A stretch of 64,000 nt of DNA from an uncultured Mycoplasmatota bacterium. GTDB taxonomy: Bacteria > Bacillota_I > Bacilli_A > RF39 > UBA660. The notes under the pieces were generated by a model. That model was not told where the DNA came from. It searched no databases and saw only the letters and a list, made by a program, of their open reading frames with translations. Position numbers and translations under genes: made by a program. The DNA is taken from contig USFF01000003.1 of NCBI GenBank assembly GCA_900553835.1, positions 4,183 through 68,182 on the forward strand. Reading direction: 5' to 3'. How positions within the stretch are numbered: position 1 is the first letter of the stretch; each line of letters begins with the position of its first letter. Shown here piece by piece: positions 19,141 to 29,776 of this stretch.

Positions 19141-20493
19141 TTAATTGTAAACTATTTCATATGGGTTTTCTGGACTTCCATCTCCCTTAGACCATAGGAC
19201 ATCTGTTTTGATTGATGTGACAGGTCTAACCCAGAATGGAGAGATTACAGTATCTAAACTAAATTTACCTGAACCAGTTGAACCGCCTATTTTAAATACC
19301 ATTGTATATTTTGAACTGCTACTTTCGTAAGACCACATAGCCGGACTCATTGTCCAAAAATAATCAGTGCCTGTTGAACTTTCCCCTAGACTATTTTGAT
19401 AATACCAAGCACTTGTATTTTTACTTCCATAGTAGCCTCCTGCATAAGTGATTTCATCATAAGTCATAAGACCAATTGGATATTTTAATTTTGCGTTTTC
19501 ATTTGAAGCACTAAATGCATCTTCTGGAGTAGTACAGTCGTATGTTGGCACTTTTGATCTATAGTAGGCTGCATAATAAAATGTTGATGTTAAACTGTAG
19601 GGAAAATAATCTGCTTTTCCTATGTTCCTATCACTACAATATACTGCAGTTGTGCTTAAATAATCAGCATAATTTATTAATTTGTTAGTTGTAGTACCTG
19701 CTGTATCAGTATAAGTTGTTTGATAAGTTGAATTAGTAATAGTTCTTGTTCCATCGTACCAATTATCTATGTATTGTTTTATTAAACTTTCTACAGTATT
19801 ATTTCTGTTTTTAGCAAGAGTCCCAGATATTCCCCACATGTAACCTGAGTACATAGGATTAGTATCAACACTCCAATAGGCACTTCTTCCTAAATAGCCT
19901 TTTCCATCATGGAAGGTTCCATGAAATAAAAGCCTTATGCTTCCATCTGCATTAGTTCTTATTATTCTCCAGTAGTAGCCCCCAAACTTAACCCAGTTAT
20001 TTGTAGCATTTCCACTAAAATAATATACTGTTGTATCACTTGTGTTATGTACATTCTTTTCTGTTGCTGTATATAATGTTCCAGTGTTTGTTGCCGTAAA
20101 TACGGTGCTGAAATCTGTTCTTGTTTCTACTTTTGGATTATCCTTAAGTATTTTGTTATACAATGTAATTAGTGTTTTTTCTTTAAAATCTATAGTACAA
20201 TACTCTGGCATTTGTATATTAGATAAGCTAACTGTATTATCTTCATTATTATAAGTGGCTATTGTACCATTTTTGCAAGCGATACTATCTATTTCATAAC
20301 CACTTATTAAATCATTATAAGATAAATCTGTTTTTTCTCCATTTAATGTATAAGCAGTTATTCCTGCAGGTTTAGAGAGTATCTTTTCTATTTTAGATAT
20401 TTCTTTTTTACTTTCTTTTTTAGCAGTATTCAAATTAAATGTTAATAACATTAAACTTATTAACAATAAAATTAACATAACATATTTTTTCAT
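19141..20493 (-). CDS. Secreted or membrane-anchored hypothetical protein, strongly Tyr/Thr/Ser/Trp/Asn-rich (450 aa)
   Basis: N-terminal signal/anchor. Highly aromatic composition (GGYYWRIIRTNADGSIRLL, YYAAYYRSK, WYYQNSLG). No family recognised. Confidence 0.5.
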   Translation of the reverse strand: MKKYVMLILLLISLMLLTFNLNTAKKESKKEISKIEKILSKPAGITAYTLNGEKTDLSYNDLISGYEIDSIACKNGTIATYNNEDNTVSLSNIQMPEYCTIDFKEKTLITLYNKILKDNPKVETRTDFSTVFTATNTGTLYTATEKNVHNTSDTTVYYFSGNATNNWVKFGGYYWRIIRTNADGSIRLLFHGTFHDGKGYLGRSAYWSVDTNPMYSGYMWGISGTLAKNRNNTVESLIKQYIDNWYDGTRTITNSTYQTTYTDTAGTTTNKLINYADYLSTTAVYCSDRNIGKADYFPYSLTSTFYYAAYYRSKVPTYDCTTPEDAFSASNENAKLKYPIGLMTYDEITYAGGYYGSKNTSAWYYQNSLGESSTGTDYFWTMSPAMWSYESSSSKYTMVFKIGGSTGSGKFSLDTVISPFWVRPVTSIKTDVLWSKGDGSPENPYEIVYN

Positions 20494-20515
20494 AATCTTA
20501 CCTCACAACTATTGT

Positions 20516-20536
20516 ATTGTAAGAATAGTTTACAAT
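20516..20536. promoter_or_regulatory. Inverted repeat ATTGTAA-N7-TTACAAT upstream of the second XRE gene; candidate operator
   Basis: Read from the sequence, about 60 bp upstream of the ATG at 20599. Confidence 0.3.
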
Positions 20537-20598
20537 ATATATGTAGTAAAGTCAACTAATCTGTTGTAAAAATTGGTATAAAATAATTGGTGATTTAA

Positions 20599-20817
20599 AT
20601 GTATTATACAGAAAGATTAGCTTGGATAAGAAACTGCAGAAATATAACTCAAAGAGAAATGGCAAATGCTATTGGAATTAAACAACAGCAGTATGCAAGG
20701 TATGAAAATGGAATTAATGAACTCCCTATAAGTTATTTGATTTTAATTTGCAAGTATTTAGATTTAAGTGCTGATTATATTTTAGGACTTACTGATAAGG
20801 TAAAAAAGTTAAATTAA
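20599..20817 (+). CDS. XRE-family HTH regulator (72 aa), paralogue of the 9663..9881 gene
   Basis: HTH core ITQREMANAIGIKQQQYARYE. Same length and C-terminal DYILGLT motif as the other XRE. Confidence 0.7.
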   Translation: MYYTERLAWIRNCRNITQREMANAIGIKQQQYARYENGINELPISYLILICKYLDLSADYILGLTDKVKKLN

Positions 20818-20824
20818 AAAGTTG

Positions 20825-22033
20825 CTATCTTGCAACTTTTTTTCTTTTTCTCTTTTTTGGTTTTATTATTAGAAATACTATAAATACTCCTAATATTATT
20901 ACTATGTTATTTTTTATAAATTTAAATAAACTAAAATGTAAGTCTTCACTAGTTATAGCATCTAATTCATCTACTAATTCGTTATCATAGTAAACTTTAA
21001 TTGTGCCTATTTTAGTGCCTTTTTTAGTTTTGTATGATATTTCTTTTGGACCATTATATTCTGTTTTTAATTTGTTTTTATCATATGGTTTTTCTATGTA
21101 GAGTGAAACTTTTTTTGGTGAATTAATTAATACTACTTTTTCTTTTGCATTTTTTGTGTTTATTTTTTCTATAACTGTTCCTTCATCAAAAAGAGTTATG
21201 TTTTCAAAGTTTTCTTTTAGTGAGTTATATATTTTTTTTACATCTTTTAAGTTATTATAGTACCCATCATATGTATAGTCTGCTCCTGTTGTTACAGTTA
21301 GTATAGTAGTGCCATCAATAATGCTTTCTGTTGAAAGGCATAAACCTGCGTCATCTGTATAACCTGTTTTGCTTCCTTTTATAAAGGATACATCATAGTT
21401 TAGGTATTCATTGTAATGACTAAGCGTTGACTCTAGTTTGATGTTATTTGTTGTTGTATAGTTCTTTGTTTCATATATTTTTTTAAATGTTTCGTTATTT
21501 AAACTGTAGTTTAACAAAGTCAATATGTCTTTAGCTGTACTGTAATGATTATCTATATCAAGTCCTGTTGTGTTTACATAGTTAGTATTATTCATTTTTA
21601 ATTCTTTTGCTTTTTTATTCATTAGTTTAACAAAGTTATCTATGCTTCCTGTTAGACTTATCGCTAGGGCTTGTGTAGCATCGGCTCCTGAAGGTATCAT
21701 ACTACTATAAAGTAAATCTTCGTATGTTACTTTATCTCCTACTTTTAAACCGGCTACTGTAGCATCCCAAGGTATGTTTTTTAGCATATCACTTGTTATA
21801 GTTACTTTCTCATTTAAATCTTTTATGTTTTCTATTGAAACTATGGTAGTCATTATTTTAGTTAGACTTGCCATTGGAACTTCATCTTTACTATTTTTTT
21901 CATATAAGATTTTGTTATTGTCTTTATTGTAAACAATAACATGTTTTGAGTTTAAACCATCTATTTCTAGTGCATAAACTAAGGATGGCATCAATAAGCA
22001 AATTGTAATTAATATATATTTTAACTTCTTCAT
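20825..22033 (-). CDS. Serine-type D-alanyl-D-alanine carboxypeptidase (PBP5/DacB-like) with C-terminal membrane anchor
   Basis: Signal peptide, SxxK motif (ASLTKIMT), peptidase S11 architecture, C-terminal TM plus basic tail. Confidence 0.75.
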   Translation of the reverse strand: MKKLKYILITICLLMPSLVYALEIDGLNSKHVIVYNKDNNKILYEKNSKDEVPMASLTKIMTTIVSIENIKDLNEKVTITSDMLKNIPWDATVAGLKVGDKVTYEDLLYSSMIPSGADATQALAISLTGSIDNFVKLMNKKAKELKMNNTNYVNTTGLDIDNHYSTAKDILTLLNYSLNNETFKKIYETKNYTTTNNIKLESTLSHYNEYLNYDVSFIKGSKTGYTDDAGLCLSTESIIDGTTILTVTTGADYTYDGYYNNLKDVKKIYNSLKENFENITLFDEGTVIEKINTKNAKEKVVLINSPKKVSLYIEKPYDKNKLKTEYNGPKEISYKTKKGTKIGTIKVYYDNELVDELDAITSEDLHFSLFKFIKNNIVIILGVFIVFLIIKPKKRKRKKVAR

Positions 22034-22109
22034 GTATTTATTTTATCATATTTTTTTGTTTTTGTTAGTGTTTTTTGTTAAACTTTACAAAAAAATAGGT
22101 TTCCCTATT

Positions 22110-22442
22110 TTATTCGTTTTTCTTATATTTAATTTTTTCATCAAATTCTACATAGTCTAGGTATATCATTAGGAGTAAATACCATTTACCTGTAGTTGGA
22201 TCTGACAATATAACATGGTCCCTTCCTGCTTGCTCGATTATGCCAGTAAATTCTTTATCTCTCCAGTTAACTGAGTCTGGAAAACTCATGTATACTTTTG
22301 CTTTTTTCCCTTTGTTATTTCTTAGTATGTTTTCAATGTAACTTTGTTCCATTGGTAATTCGTCATTATCATCTTTAGCATTTACTGGTTCATAACTTGA
22401 GTATGGGATGAAGTCTGAATTTTTGTAATAACTTCCATTCAT
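22110..22442 (-). CDS. Small spore-coat-like protein (possibly GerQ/YwdL family)
   Basis: 110-aa ORF. The family call rests on weak recollection of the C-terminal region. Confidence 0.3.
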   Translation of the reverse strand: MNGSYYKNSDFIPYSSYEPVNAKDDNDELPMEQSYIENILRNNKGKKAKVYMSFPDSVNWRDKEFTGIIEQAGRDHVILSDPTTGKWYLLLMIYLDYVEFDEKIKYKKNE

Positions 22443-22520
22443 TTTTATACCTCCTAATTAAGATTATTCATTTTCTTTTATTTTAGAAGAATTTATAGTA
22501 AAATATAAGTGGTGATAGAA

Positions 22521-23099
22521 ATGAAAGTTAGAGTTGGAGTGAGTAATAGACATGTTCATCTTTGTGAGAAAGATTTTAAAATTCTTTTTGAAAATGAAGA
22601 TTTTTATAGCATAAAAGATTTAAGTCAAAAGGGTGAATTTGCATCTAATTTAATGGCAGATGTTAAAACAAACAAAGGAACTTTACATAATGTTAGAGTA
22701 ATAGGACCTTTACGAGAAGTTTCACAAATTGAAATTAGCAAGACAGATGCTTATGTTTTAGGAATTAACCCTCCAGTTAGAATGAGTGGTAATTTAGATA
22801 ATTCTAGTTTGGTTACTTTAGTTAATGGAGAAAATGAAGTAAATGAGGTCTCTTGTATTTTAGCACATAGGCATATTCATGCAAATGAAGATGATATCAA
22901 GAAATATGGACTAGATATTAATAAGAAATACTCTTTAAAAGTAGATGGAGTCAGAGGCGGAATACTTGATAATGTATTAGTTAAAGTGAAAGATAATTAT
23001 ACTTTAGAAGTTCATATTGATACTGATGAAGCTAATGCTTTTAATCTTAATAATGGAGATTATGTGGAAATTATGGAAGGGGATAATTTAAATGGATAA
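22521..23099 (+). CDS. pduL: Phosphate propanoyltransferase / phosphotransacylase PduL family
   Basis: PduL signature GVSNRHVHL and a duplicated domain; ATG at 22521. Confidence 0.65.
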   Translation: MKVRVGVSNRHVHLCEKDFKILFENEDFYSIKDLSQKGEFASNLMADVKTNKGTLHNVRVIGPLREVSQIEISKTDAYVLGINPPVRMSGNLDNSSLVTLVNGENEVNEVSCILAHRHIHANEDDIKKYGLDINKKYSLKVDGVRGGILDNVLVKVKDNYTLEVHIDTDEANAFNLNNGDYVEIMEGDNLNG

Positions 23100-24172
23100 G
23101 AAAGATATCATTAAAGAATTTAATAGTTTTAAGACCGATATAACTAGTCTTGGGAGGGGTCTTTGACTACGAAAGTAAGTTATGTTTAATAGATAAGTTA
23201 GAAAACACTACTAAGGAAGAAAATTTTTGGAGTAGAAGTGATAATCAAGAAATTATGGAGAAACTTTCTAGTTTAAAGAGTGATATAGAACTTTTTTCTA
23301 AAACTAAGAAATTAATAGATGATGATCTTGAACTTCTTGGTATGGAACTTACTTCAGACGATTTAAGTGTTATTAGTAATGATTTAAATGTTGTTAGAGA
23401 TAATATTAAAGATTTAAGGCTTGTTATTCTTCTTTCTGGTGAATATGATAAGAATGGCGCTTATGTTGAGATACATAGCGGAGCAGGGGGGACAGAGAGT
23501 AATGACTGGGCCAATATGCTTTATAGGATGTATTTAAGATATTTTGATAGGAAAGGGTATAAGTATAGCATTATTAGTGAAAGTCCTGGAGAAGAAGTTG
23601 GTATAAAAGGTGCGATTATAGATGTAAGCACTCCTAATGCGTTTGGTTATTTAAAAGGAGAAACTGGTGTGCATAGGCTAGTAAGAATTAGCCCGTTTGA
23701 CTCTAATAAAAGGAGGCATACCTCGTTTGCAAGTGTGTTAGTTACTCCTAAAATAGACACTAATATTGAAGTGGATATTAAAGATGAGGATTTGAAAATT
23801 GATGTTTATCGTTCTTCTGGTGCCGGAGGGCAGAGTGTTAATACTACAGATTCTGCTGTTAGAATTACTCATTTACCAACAAAAATAGTTGTTACTTGTC
23901 AAAATGAGAGAAGTCAAATAAAGAACAAGGAGAAAGCTTTAGAAATTTTAAAGAGTAAACTTTATTTACTTGAAAAGGAAAGTCTTGATAAGAAAATAAA
24001 CGATTTAAAGGGTAGTGTTATGGATGTTAATTTTGGTAGTCAGATAAGAAATTATGTTATGCATCCATATTCTTCAGTAAAGGATCTTAGAACGAATTAT
24101 GAAACTAGTGATGTTTACGGAGTTTTAGATGGTAAATTAGACGAAATAATAGAGAGTTATCTTACTTTTTAA
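23092..24172 (+). CDS. prfB: Peptide chain release factor 2, translated with a programmed +1 ribosomal frameshift at CTT TGA C (23161-23167)
   Basis: The ATG at 23092 gives MDKKDIIKEFNSFKTDITSLGRGL, then an in-frame TGA at 23164-23166. The +1 frame continues DYESKL... and carries the SPF and GGQ motifs. An internal SD-like GGGAGGGG sits 3 nt upstream of CTT. Confidence 0.85.
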
Positions 24173-24879
24173 CTCTCTATTTCTTTTATAATTTGATTTG
24201 CTATGTATTTGTAACCATGTAAACTAGGAAAGGCATTATTTTGATTTGGCATATACAAAGGATTGTTTTTGAATTCATCATTTATTTCTATATATTTTAT
24301 GTTATATTCTTCTTCTATACTTTTATATAAAGCATCTATGTAATTAAATATGTTGTCTAAATTGTTTTCATTTTCTTCGGTTATTTTTATAGGATTATAG
24401 TATCCAACTATATAAATCTTTTTTTTCGTTATTTTTCTTATTTCTTTTAAGAGAAGAGTGATGTTTTCATATAAACTATCTATGTTTTTGCACTCTAATT
24501 CTTTTAAACTGTACGTACTTCTTAATTTGCTAAATAATTCTTCTGTTCCTATTGAAAGTGTTATAATGTCTGCTTTTTTTAGTGCTTGAGCAAGATTTTT
24601 ACTAGAGTAGGGACTAGGATTTTTTATTTCTTCTATGAGGTCTTTTACTCTTAAGTCTTCTTTAATGTAATCTTTGTTTAATTCGGCATTTTTGTGATTT
24701 TGTTTTATGTAGTCATAAACATAATCAGTATAGGAAGAGTCATATGTGTCAAAGGGTGTGTGACCTTTAGCTAGATCGTCTCCAATTGATAAGTAATTGA
24801 AAGTACTATTTTCTGTAATTTTATAAACTATTAGAATAGGGACTATGGAAAGAAAAAATATTATGAGTTTCTTTTTCAT
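24169..24879 (-). CDS. SGNH/GDSL-like hydrolase, probable lipoprotein or secreted protein
   Basis: N-terminal hydrophobic segment; LSIGDD block. Confidence 0.45.
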   Translation of the reverse strand: MKKKLIIFFLSIVPILIVYKITENSTFNYLSIGDDLAKGHTPFDTYDSSYTDYVYDYIKQNHKNAELNKDYIKEDLRVKDLIEEIKNPSPYSSKNLAQALKKADIITLSIGTEELFSKLRSTYSLKELECKNIDSLYENITLLLKEIRKITKKKIYIVGYYNPIKITEENENNLDNIFNYIDALYKSIEEEYNIKYIEINDEFKNNPLYMPNQNNAFPSLHGYKYIANQIIKEIES

Positions 24880-24901
24880 AGAAAATCCTCCTCATAATAT
24901 T

Positions 24902-26152
24902 TTACTCGACTATTTTTATTTTAGCACCAACATTTTGCAATTTTTCTACTATGTCTTCATAACCTCTTAAGAGCAAAGTGATGTTATCTAAATATGTTGT
25001 TCCATCTGCGATTAAAGCCGCTAAAACAAGGGCAGCTCCTCCTCTTAAGTCAGGAATATATAATTCTTTTCCTTTTAATTCTACTGGACCATGTATTGTT
25101 AATACATTATCTTTTATTTTCATGTTACCACCCATAGTATTTATGAGCTCGGCACTTTTAAATCTGGATTCATATATGGTTTCTGTTACTGTAGATATAC
25201 CGTTTGCTTTTGCTAGTAATACAGTGAATACTTGCTGCATATCTGTTGGAAAGCCTGGAAATACTTCGGTTTTGATATCTGTTGTTTGTAGATTTTTGCA
25301 TTTTGAAATTGTTATTTCATCATTTTGTATTTTAAACTTTACACCACACTCACTTAGTTTAGTTAATACAGAGTTTATATGATCTTTTATAAAGCCCTTT
25401 ATTTTTAAGTCTTTACCTACTAAAGCTCCTAAAACTATATAAGTAGATGCTTCTATTCTATCTGGAAATACTTCAGTAGAACCATTATCTAATATTTCAC
25501 TTCCTTCTATAATTATTGTGTTTGTACCAGCGCCTGTTATTTTAGCTCCCATTGATATTAAGAATGATGCTACATTTACTATTTCTGGTTCTCTTGCAGC
25601 ATTCTCAATTATTGTTGTACCTTCAGCATAAGAACTTGCTAGCATTAAGTTAATTGTTGCACCAACACTTGGAAAGTCAAGGTATATTCTAGCACCATGA
25701 AGTTTTTCTGCAGTTATTATGTATTTGTTTTTTATTATTTCTACATTAGCGCCTAATGCTTTAAAACCTTTTATATGTAGGTCAATTGGCCTTGCTCCTA
25801 TATGACAACCACCAGGAAAAGATATTTCTACTTTTTTAAATCTTGCTAGTAGTGAACCCATGAAATAGTATGATGCTCTCATTTGCTCTGATAATTCTTC
25901 TGGAATAGGTGTATTTTTAAGATTAGCTGTGTTTATTTCTAAAGCATTATCGTTTATTTTATAGTCACAATTTAGTATTTTAAGTATTTTTATTAGATAT
26001 TCTATATCCCTAATTTTTGGAACGTTATATATTTTTGAACTATTCTTACAAAGTAAAGCAGCAGGCAATAAAGCAACTGCACTGTTTTTCGCACCACTTA
26101 CGTTAATCGTCCCTGTAAGACAATTATTTCCTTCTATTTTTAATTTAGACAT
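24902..26152 (-). CDS. murA: UDP-N-acetylglucosamine 1-carboxyvinyltransferase
   Basis: 416-aa EPT-family protein with MurA N-terminus (KIEGNNCLTGTINVSGAKNSAVALLPAALL) and the active-site Cys region. Confidence 0.9.
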   Translation of the reverse strand: MSKLKIEGNNCLTGTINVSGAKNSAVALLPAALLCKNSSKIYNVPKIRDIEYLIKILKILNCDYKINDNALEINTANLKNTPIPEELSEQMRASYYFMGSLLARFKKVEISFPGGCHIGARPIDLHIKGFKALGANVEIIKNKYIITAEKLHGARIYLDFPSVGATINLMLASSYAEGTTIIENAAREPEIVNVASFLISMGAKITGAGTNTIIIEGSEILDNGSTEVFPDRIEASTYIVLGALVGKDLKIKGFIKDHINSVLTKLSECGVKFKIQNDEITISKCKNLQTTDIKTEVFPGFPTDMQQVFTVLLAKANGISTVTETIYESRFKSAELINTMGGNMKIKDNVLTIHGPVELKGKELYIPDLRGGAALVLAALIADGTTYLDNITLLLRGYEDIVEKLQNVGAKIKIVE

Positions 26153-26220
26153 TTTTCCTCCTATATGGAATCTTCCATTTATAATATAAGTTTTTTATTA
26201 AGTTTAGTCAAGTGTTTTGT

Positions 26221-26763
26221 TTAAGGTTTACATATGAGGTAGACAATAAAAGTTATTAAAATAATGATACTTGTTATTTTTGAGTATATTTTTGCTTTTT
26301 TGTTTATGTATTTTCCTAATGTGAAACCAATGTATGTAAATGTCCCACTTAGGAGCATAAATATGACACCTGATAATAGAATTTTATTTGTTATGCAGCT
26401 TAGTCCCAAACCCAAAGTGAAGCTGTCTAGTGAGACTAAAAATGAAAAGACAATAGTATTTATTAGAGTTAATTCATATTCTTTTGTTTCTTCTTTTATA
26501 CTTTTTATTGTTTCAATTAATATTAACGATAAAACTAATATGAGTACTATTTTAGAGTTTATTTTAATATATTCGTTTATGATAAAACCTATTTTATTTC
26601 CTATTAAAGGCATTATTAAATGAAAAATACCTACGGTTAGTGACGTAAGTATGCTTTCTTTTTTTTCCACTTTTAAAAGCCCATATGCTAGGCTTAAAGT
26701 GAATGCATCTAAACTTAATGTTATTCCAAGTGTTATTATTTTTAATATTTCCAACTTAGTCAC
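26221..26763 (-). CDS. DUF204-family membrane protein (YtaF sporulation protein / MntP manganese exporter family)
   Basis: Six predicted TM segments with the duplicated LSLDAF / LVSLDSF motif. Confidence 0.6.
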   Translation of the reverse strand: MTKLEILKIITLGITLSLDAFTLSLAYGLLKVEKKESILTSLTVGIFHLIMPLIGNKIGFIINEYIKINSKIVLILVLSLILIETIKSIKEETKEYELTLINTIVFSFLVSLDSFTLGLGLSCITNKILLSGVIFMLLSGTFTYIGFTLGKYINKKAKIYSKITSIIILITFIVYLICKP

Positions 26764-26799
26764 CCATTAAATTATAGTTTTTTTCTTTAAAATTATGAG

Positions 26800-27318
26800 T
26801 TAAAATATTTTGTCTATTATTTCTTTTATGAAAAATTTGTATTCTACATCATCGGTTTCTTCTGCTTCCATTAAGCACAATGGAGGAAAAAGAACACACC
26901 AGTAATTGTCTCCACTACCAGAACCTATTTTTACTACCATGGATTCATATTCTCCTGCTCCATATTTTACTCCCTTATATATTTTTTCTGGAAAATAGTT
27001 TGTCCCATAATTTATTTTAAAATCCATATTATAATTATTTTCTTTAAATACTTCTGATACTTTGTTTTCTACTAGATTTATATTTTCTTTTATACTTGTT
27101 CTTGCTTCATTTATTGTTTTTGATTTTTCTATTTCTTTTATTACACCGTCAATAGAAGTTTTTACCTGTTCTTTTATGTATAAATCTTTCGGTGCATTAC
27201 TATTTGGTATTATTCTAAATCTTACTGAATTTTTTGGTACAATTACATATTCTTCTTTCGTGTTTACTACTGAGTATACTATGGTTATTAATGCAAGCAC
27301 TATTATGATTTTTTTCAT
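26800..27318 (-). CDS. spoIIR: Stage II sporulation protein R
   Basis: Signal peptide. SpoIIR motifs FRIIPNSNAPKD and GSGDNYWCVLFPPLC. Confidence 0.8.
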   Translation of the reverse strand: MKKIIIVLALITIVYSVVNTKEEYVIVPKNSVRFRIIPNSNAPKDLYIKEQVKTSIDGVIKEIEKSKTINEARTSIKENINLVENKVSEVFKENNYNMDFKINYGTNYFPEKIYKGVKYGAGEYESMVVKIGSGSGDNYWCVLFPPLCLMEAEETDDVEYKFFIKEIIDKIF

Positions 27319-27364
27319 TTAAAAACCAACCTTTCTACTAAATATTGGTTGGTTTAGTTTGTTT

Positions 27365-28087
27365 TTATTCACTATAAATAAATAGATATCTTGTTTTTTC
27401 AGCTAAATCTTTTTCAAATTTGTATTTAATACTGCTATCAAAGTATTTTTTTATTAGTTTTGTTAAATCTTCTTCACTTTTTTCATTAATTTCTAGCGCA
27501 ATTAGATATTTTTTATTAGTGTATTTATGTATAGATTTAAATATTTTTTCTATATGGTCTAGGCCTTTTTCTCCACTATAAAGGGCTAGCACAGGTTCTT
27601 TAAGTACATTTGTTGGTAGTTTTTCACTTATCGTTACATATGGTGGATTACTAATTATGACATCATATTTATCATTTATTTTTTTAAATAGATTACTTTT
27701 TATAAGTTTAACATTTAAGTTTAACTCTTTTTTATTTTTTCTTGCTACTTTTAAAGCTTTTGATGATATGTCAGACATTGTAATAGTGCTTTCTGGTAAT
27801 TCTTTTTTTAGAGTTAAACCTATTGCTCCACTTCCTGTACATAAGTCTAATATTTTAGGGTTTGTGAAGTTTAATTTTGCGATATATTTAAGAGTTTTTT
27901 CTACTAGATATTCAGTTTCATACCTTGGAATTAAAACATTTTTATTTACATTTATTTTTAAACCATAGAAGTTTACATATCCAATTATGTATTGAACAGG
28001 ATAGTCATTTTCTATTTTTTTAATGTTCTTCTTAGTAAATTTATTTAGTTTTATTAATTCTTCTTTGTCTAAGTTATTAATTTTCAC
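27365..28087 (-). CDS. prmC: Release-factor glutamine N5-methyltransferase PrmC/HemK
   Basis: SAM motif LDLCTGSGAIG and NPPY motif (ISNPPYV); immediately downstream of prfA. Confidence 0.85.
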   Translation of the reverse strand: MKINNLDKEELIKLNKFTKKNIKKIENDYPVQYIIGYVNFYGLKINVNKNVLIPRYETEYLVEKTLKYIAKLNFTNPKILDLCTGSGAIGLTLKKELPESTITMSDISSKALKVARKNKKELNLNVKLIKSNLFKKINDKYDVIISNPPYVTISEKLPTNVLKEPVLALYSGEKGLDHIEKIFKSIHKYTNKKYLIALEINEKSEEDLTKLIKKYFDSSIKYKFEKDLAEKTRYLFIYSE

Positions 28088-29141
28088 TTTCTATACCCAT
28101 TTTTAGTTTTTGATCTTCTGTTATTAAAGCTTCAATAACTTCTTCTAGATTACCTTCCATTACTTTGTCTAAGTGCATTATTGTGAAGTTTATTCTGTGG
28201 TCTGTTAGTCTGTTTTGTGGATAGTTATATGTTCTTATTTTTTCAGATCTATCTCCAGTACCTATTTTTGCTTTCCTGTTTTCTCCTAGTTCTTTTTCTT
28301 GTTCTTGCTGTTTAAGGTCATATAATCTTGATTTTAGTATAGTTAATGCTCTTTCTTTGTTTTTTATTTGACTTCTTTCTACTTGGCAGTACACCATTAA
28401 TCCTGTTGGTATGTGTGTTACTCTTACTGCAGAGTCTGTCGTGTTTACACATTGTCCACCAGCACCTGAGGAACGGCATACATCAATTTTTAAATCTTTA
28501 TCTAATAATTCTACTTCTATGTCTTCTTGTTCCGGCATTACTAAAACTGTTGCAGTAGATGTGTGTACTCTTCCTTGTGTTTCTGTTGCAGGTACTCTTT
28601 GTACTCTATGGGAACCACTTTCATATTTTAATTTAGAGTATACGTTATCTCCTGAAAGTATAAATTCTATTCCAGCAAATCCACCAGCTTCTCCAGGAAC
28701 TTCATTTGTTATTTCTAATTTCCATCCCATTTTTTCTGCATATTTTGAGTACATTCTGAATAAGTCACCGGCAAAGATGTTCGCTTCATCTCCTCCAGCT
28801 GCACCTCTTATTTCCATGATAACATTTTTTTCGTCATTAGGATCTTTGGGAAGCAAAAGAATTTTTATTTCTTCTTCTAATTTTTCTTTTTTTATATTTA
28901 AATTTTCTAATTCTTCATGTGCGAATTCGCTTAGTTCTTTGTCATGAATCATTTCTTTAGCTGCTTCTATATCACTTAGTACTCTTTTATATTCTTCAGC
29001 TTTTACTACAGTTTCTTCTAAATTTGTTTTTTCTTTAGAAACTTCTTTCATTTTTTTGAAATCATTATATATTTCTGGTTTTGTTAATTCTTCTTCTAAG
29101 TATTTATATCTATTTATTATTATATTTAATCTTTCTATCAT
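28077..29141 (-). CDS. prfA: Peptide chain release factor 1
   Basis: GGQ motif (SGAGGQCVNTTDSAVRVTH), RF1-type PxT region, 354 aa. Confidence 0.9.
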   Translation of the reverse strand: MIERLNIIINRYKYLEEELTKPEIYNDFKKMKEVSKEKTNLEETVVKAEEYKRVLSDIEAAKEMIHDKELSEFAHEELENLNIKKEKLEEEIKILLLPKDPNDEKNVIMEIRGAAGGDEANIFAGDLFRMYSKYAEKMGWKLEITNEVPGEAGGFAGIEFILSGDNVYSKLKYESGSHRVQRVPATETQGRVHTSTATVLVMPEQEDIEVELLDKDLKIDVCRSSGAGGQCVNTTDSAVRVTHIPTGLMVYCQVERSQIKNKERALTILKSRLYDLKQQEQEKELGENRKAKIGTGDRSEKIRTYNYPQNRLTDHRINFTIMHLDKVMEGNLEEVIEALITEDQKLKMGIESEN

Positions 29142-29182
29142 TTTCAGCTTCCTTTCTTTAAATAATTATTAAAATTATTTAG

Positions 29183-29617
29183 CTAAAGGTCAGAGTCCAT
29201 CTCATCATCAATTACTACTAAATCTTTGTATTCGTCTTCCGCTTCGTCATCGTCACTTTCTTTAGTTTCATCAATGTACATATCTTCTTCTATTTCTTCA
29301 TTTCTTTCTTCTTCTATTTCATCTGTTAAGTCTTCTTCGTCATCTAAATCAGTTAGTTCTATTTTTGCAGTGTGGTTTTCTCTTAGATCCCAATATCCGC
29401 CTTCTAACTGAATAAATCTTTTTTCAGTTGATAATAGACTAAAGAAGTCAGCTAAATGATTTTCAGCTTCCTCTTTGTTTAATTTTAACTGATCAATTAC
29501 TTCATTAAATAAATCAAGTAATTTCATTTTTTTTCCTTTTTCTTTTAGGATTACATATGCTATATCATCATATGACATAGTTTCAATTTGTTCTTCACTT
29601 ATACTTTTTAATTTCAT
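29183..29617 (-). CDS. rpoE: DNA-directed RNA polymerase delta subunit
   Basis: N-terminal HARE-HTH-like domain (MSYDDIAYVILKEKGK) and a highly acidic C-terminal tail. Confidence 0.7.
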   Translation of the reverse strand: MKLKSISEEQIETMSYDDIAYVILKEKGKKMKLLDLFNEVIDQLKLNKEEAENHLADFFSLLSTEKRFIQLEGGYWDLRENHTAKIELTDLDDEEDLTDEIEEERNEEIEEDMYIDETKESDDDEAEDEYKDLVVIDDEMDSDL

Positions 29618-29776
29618 TTTACAATCATTCCTTTTCCACTAAAATTATACTGAATTTTTTCAATAAATCAAGTCATTTTGTTAATCTTTTTTATTATATT
29701 CATATTTATTGTAAATTATATGTGTTTTTTACTTATATTTTTTTATATTTTTTTAATAATAATTGTAGGTGAATTT

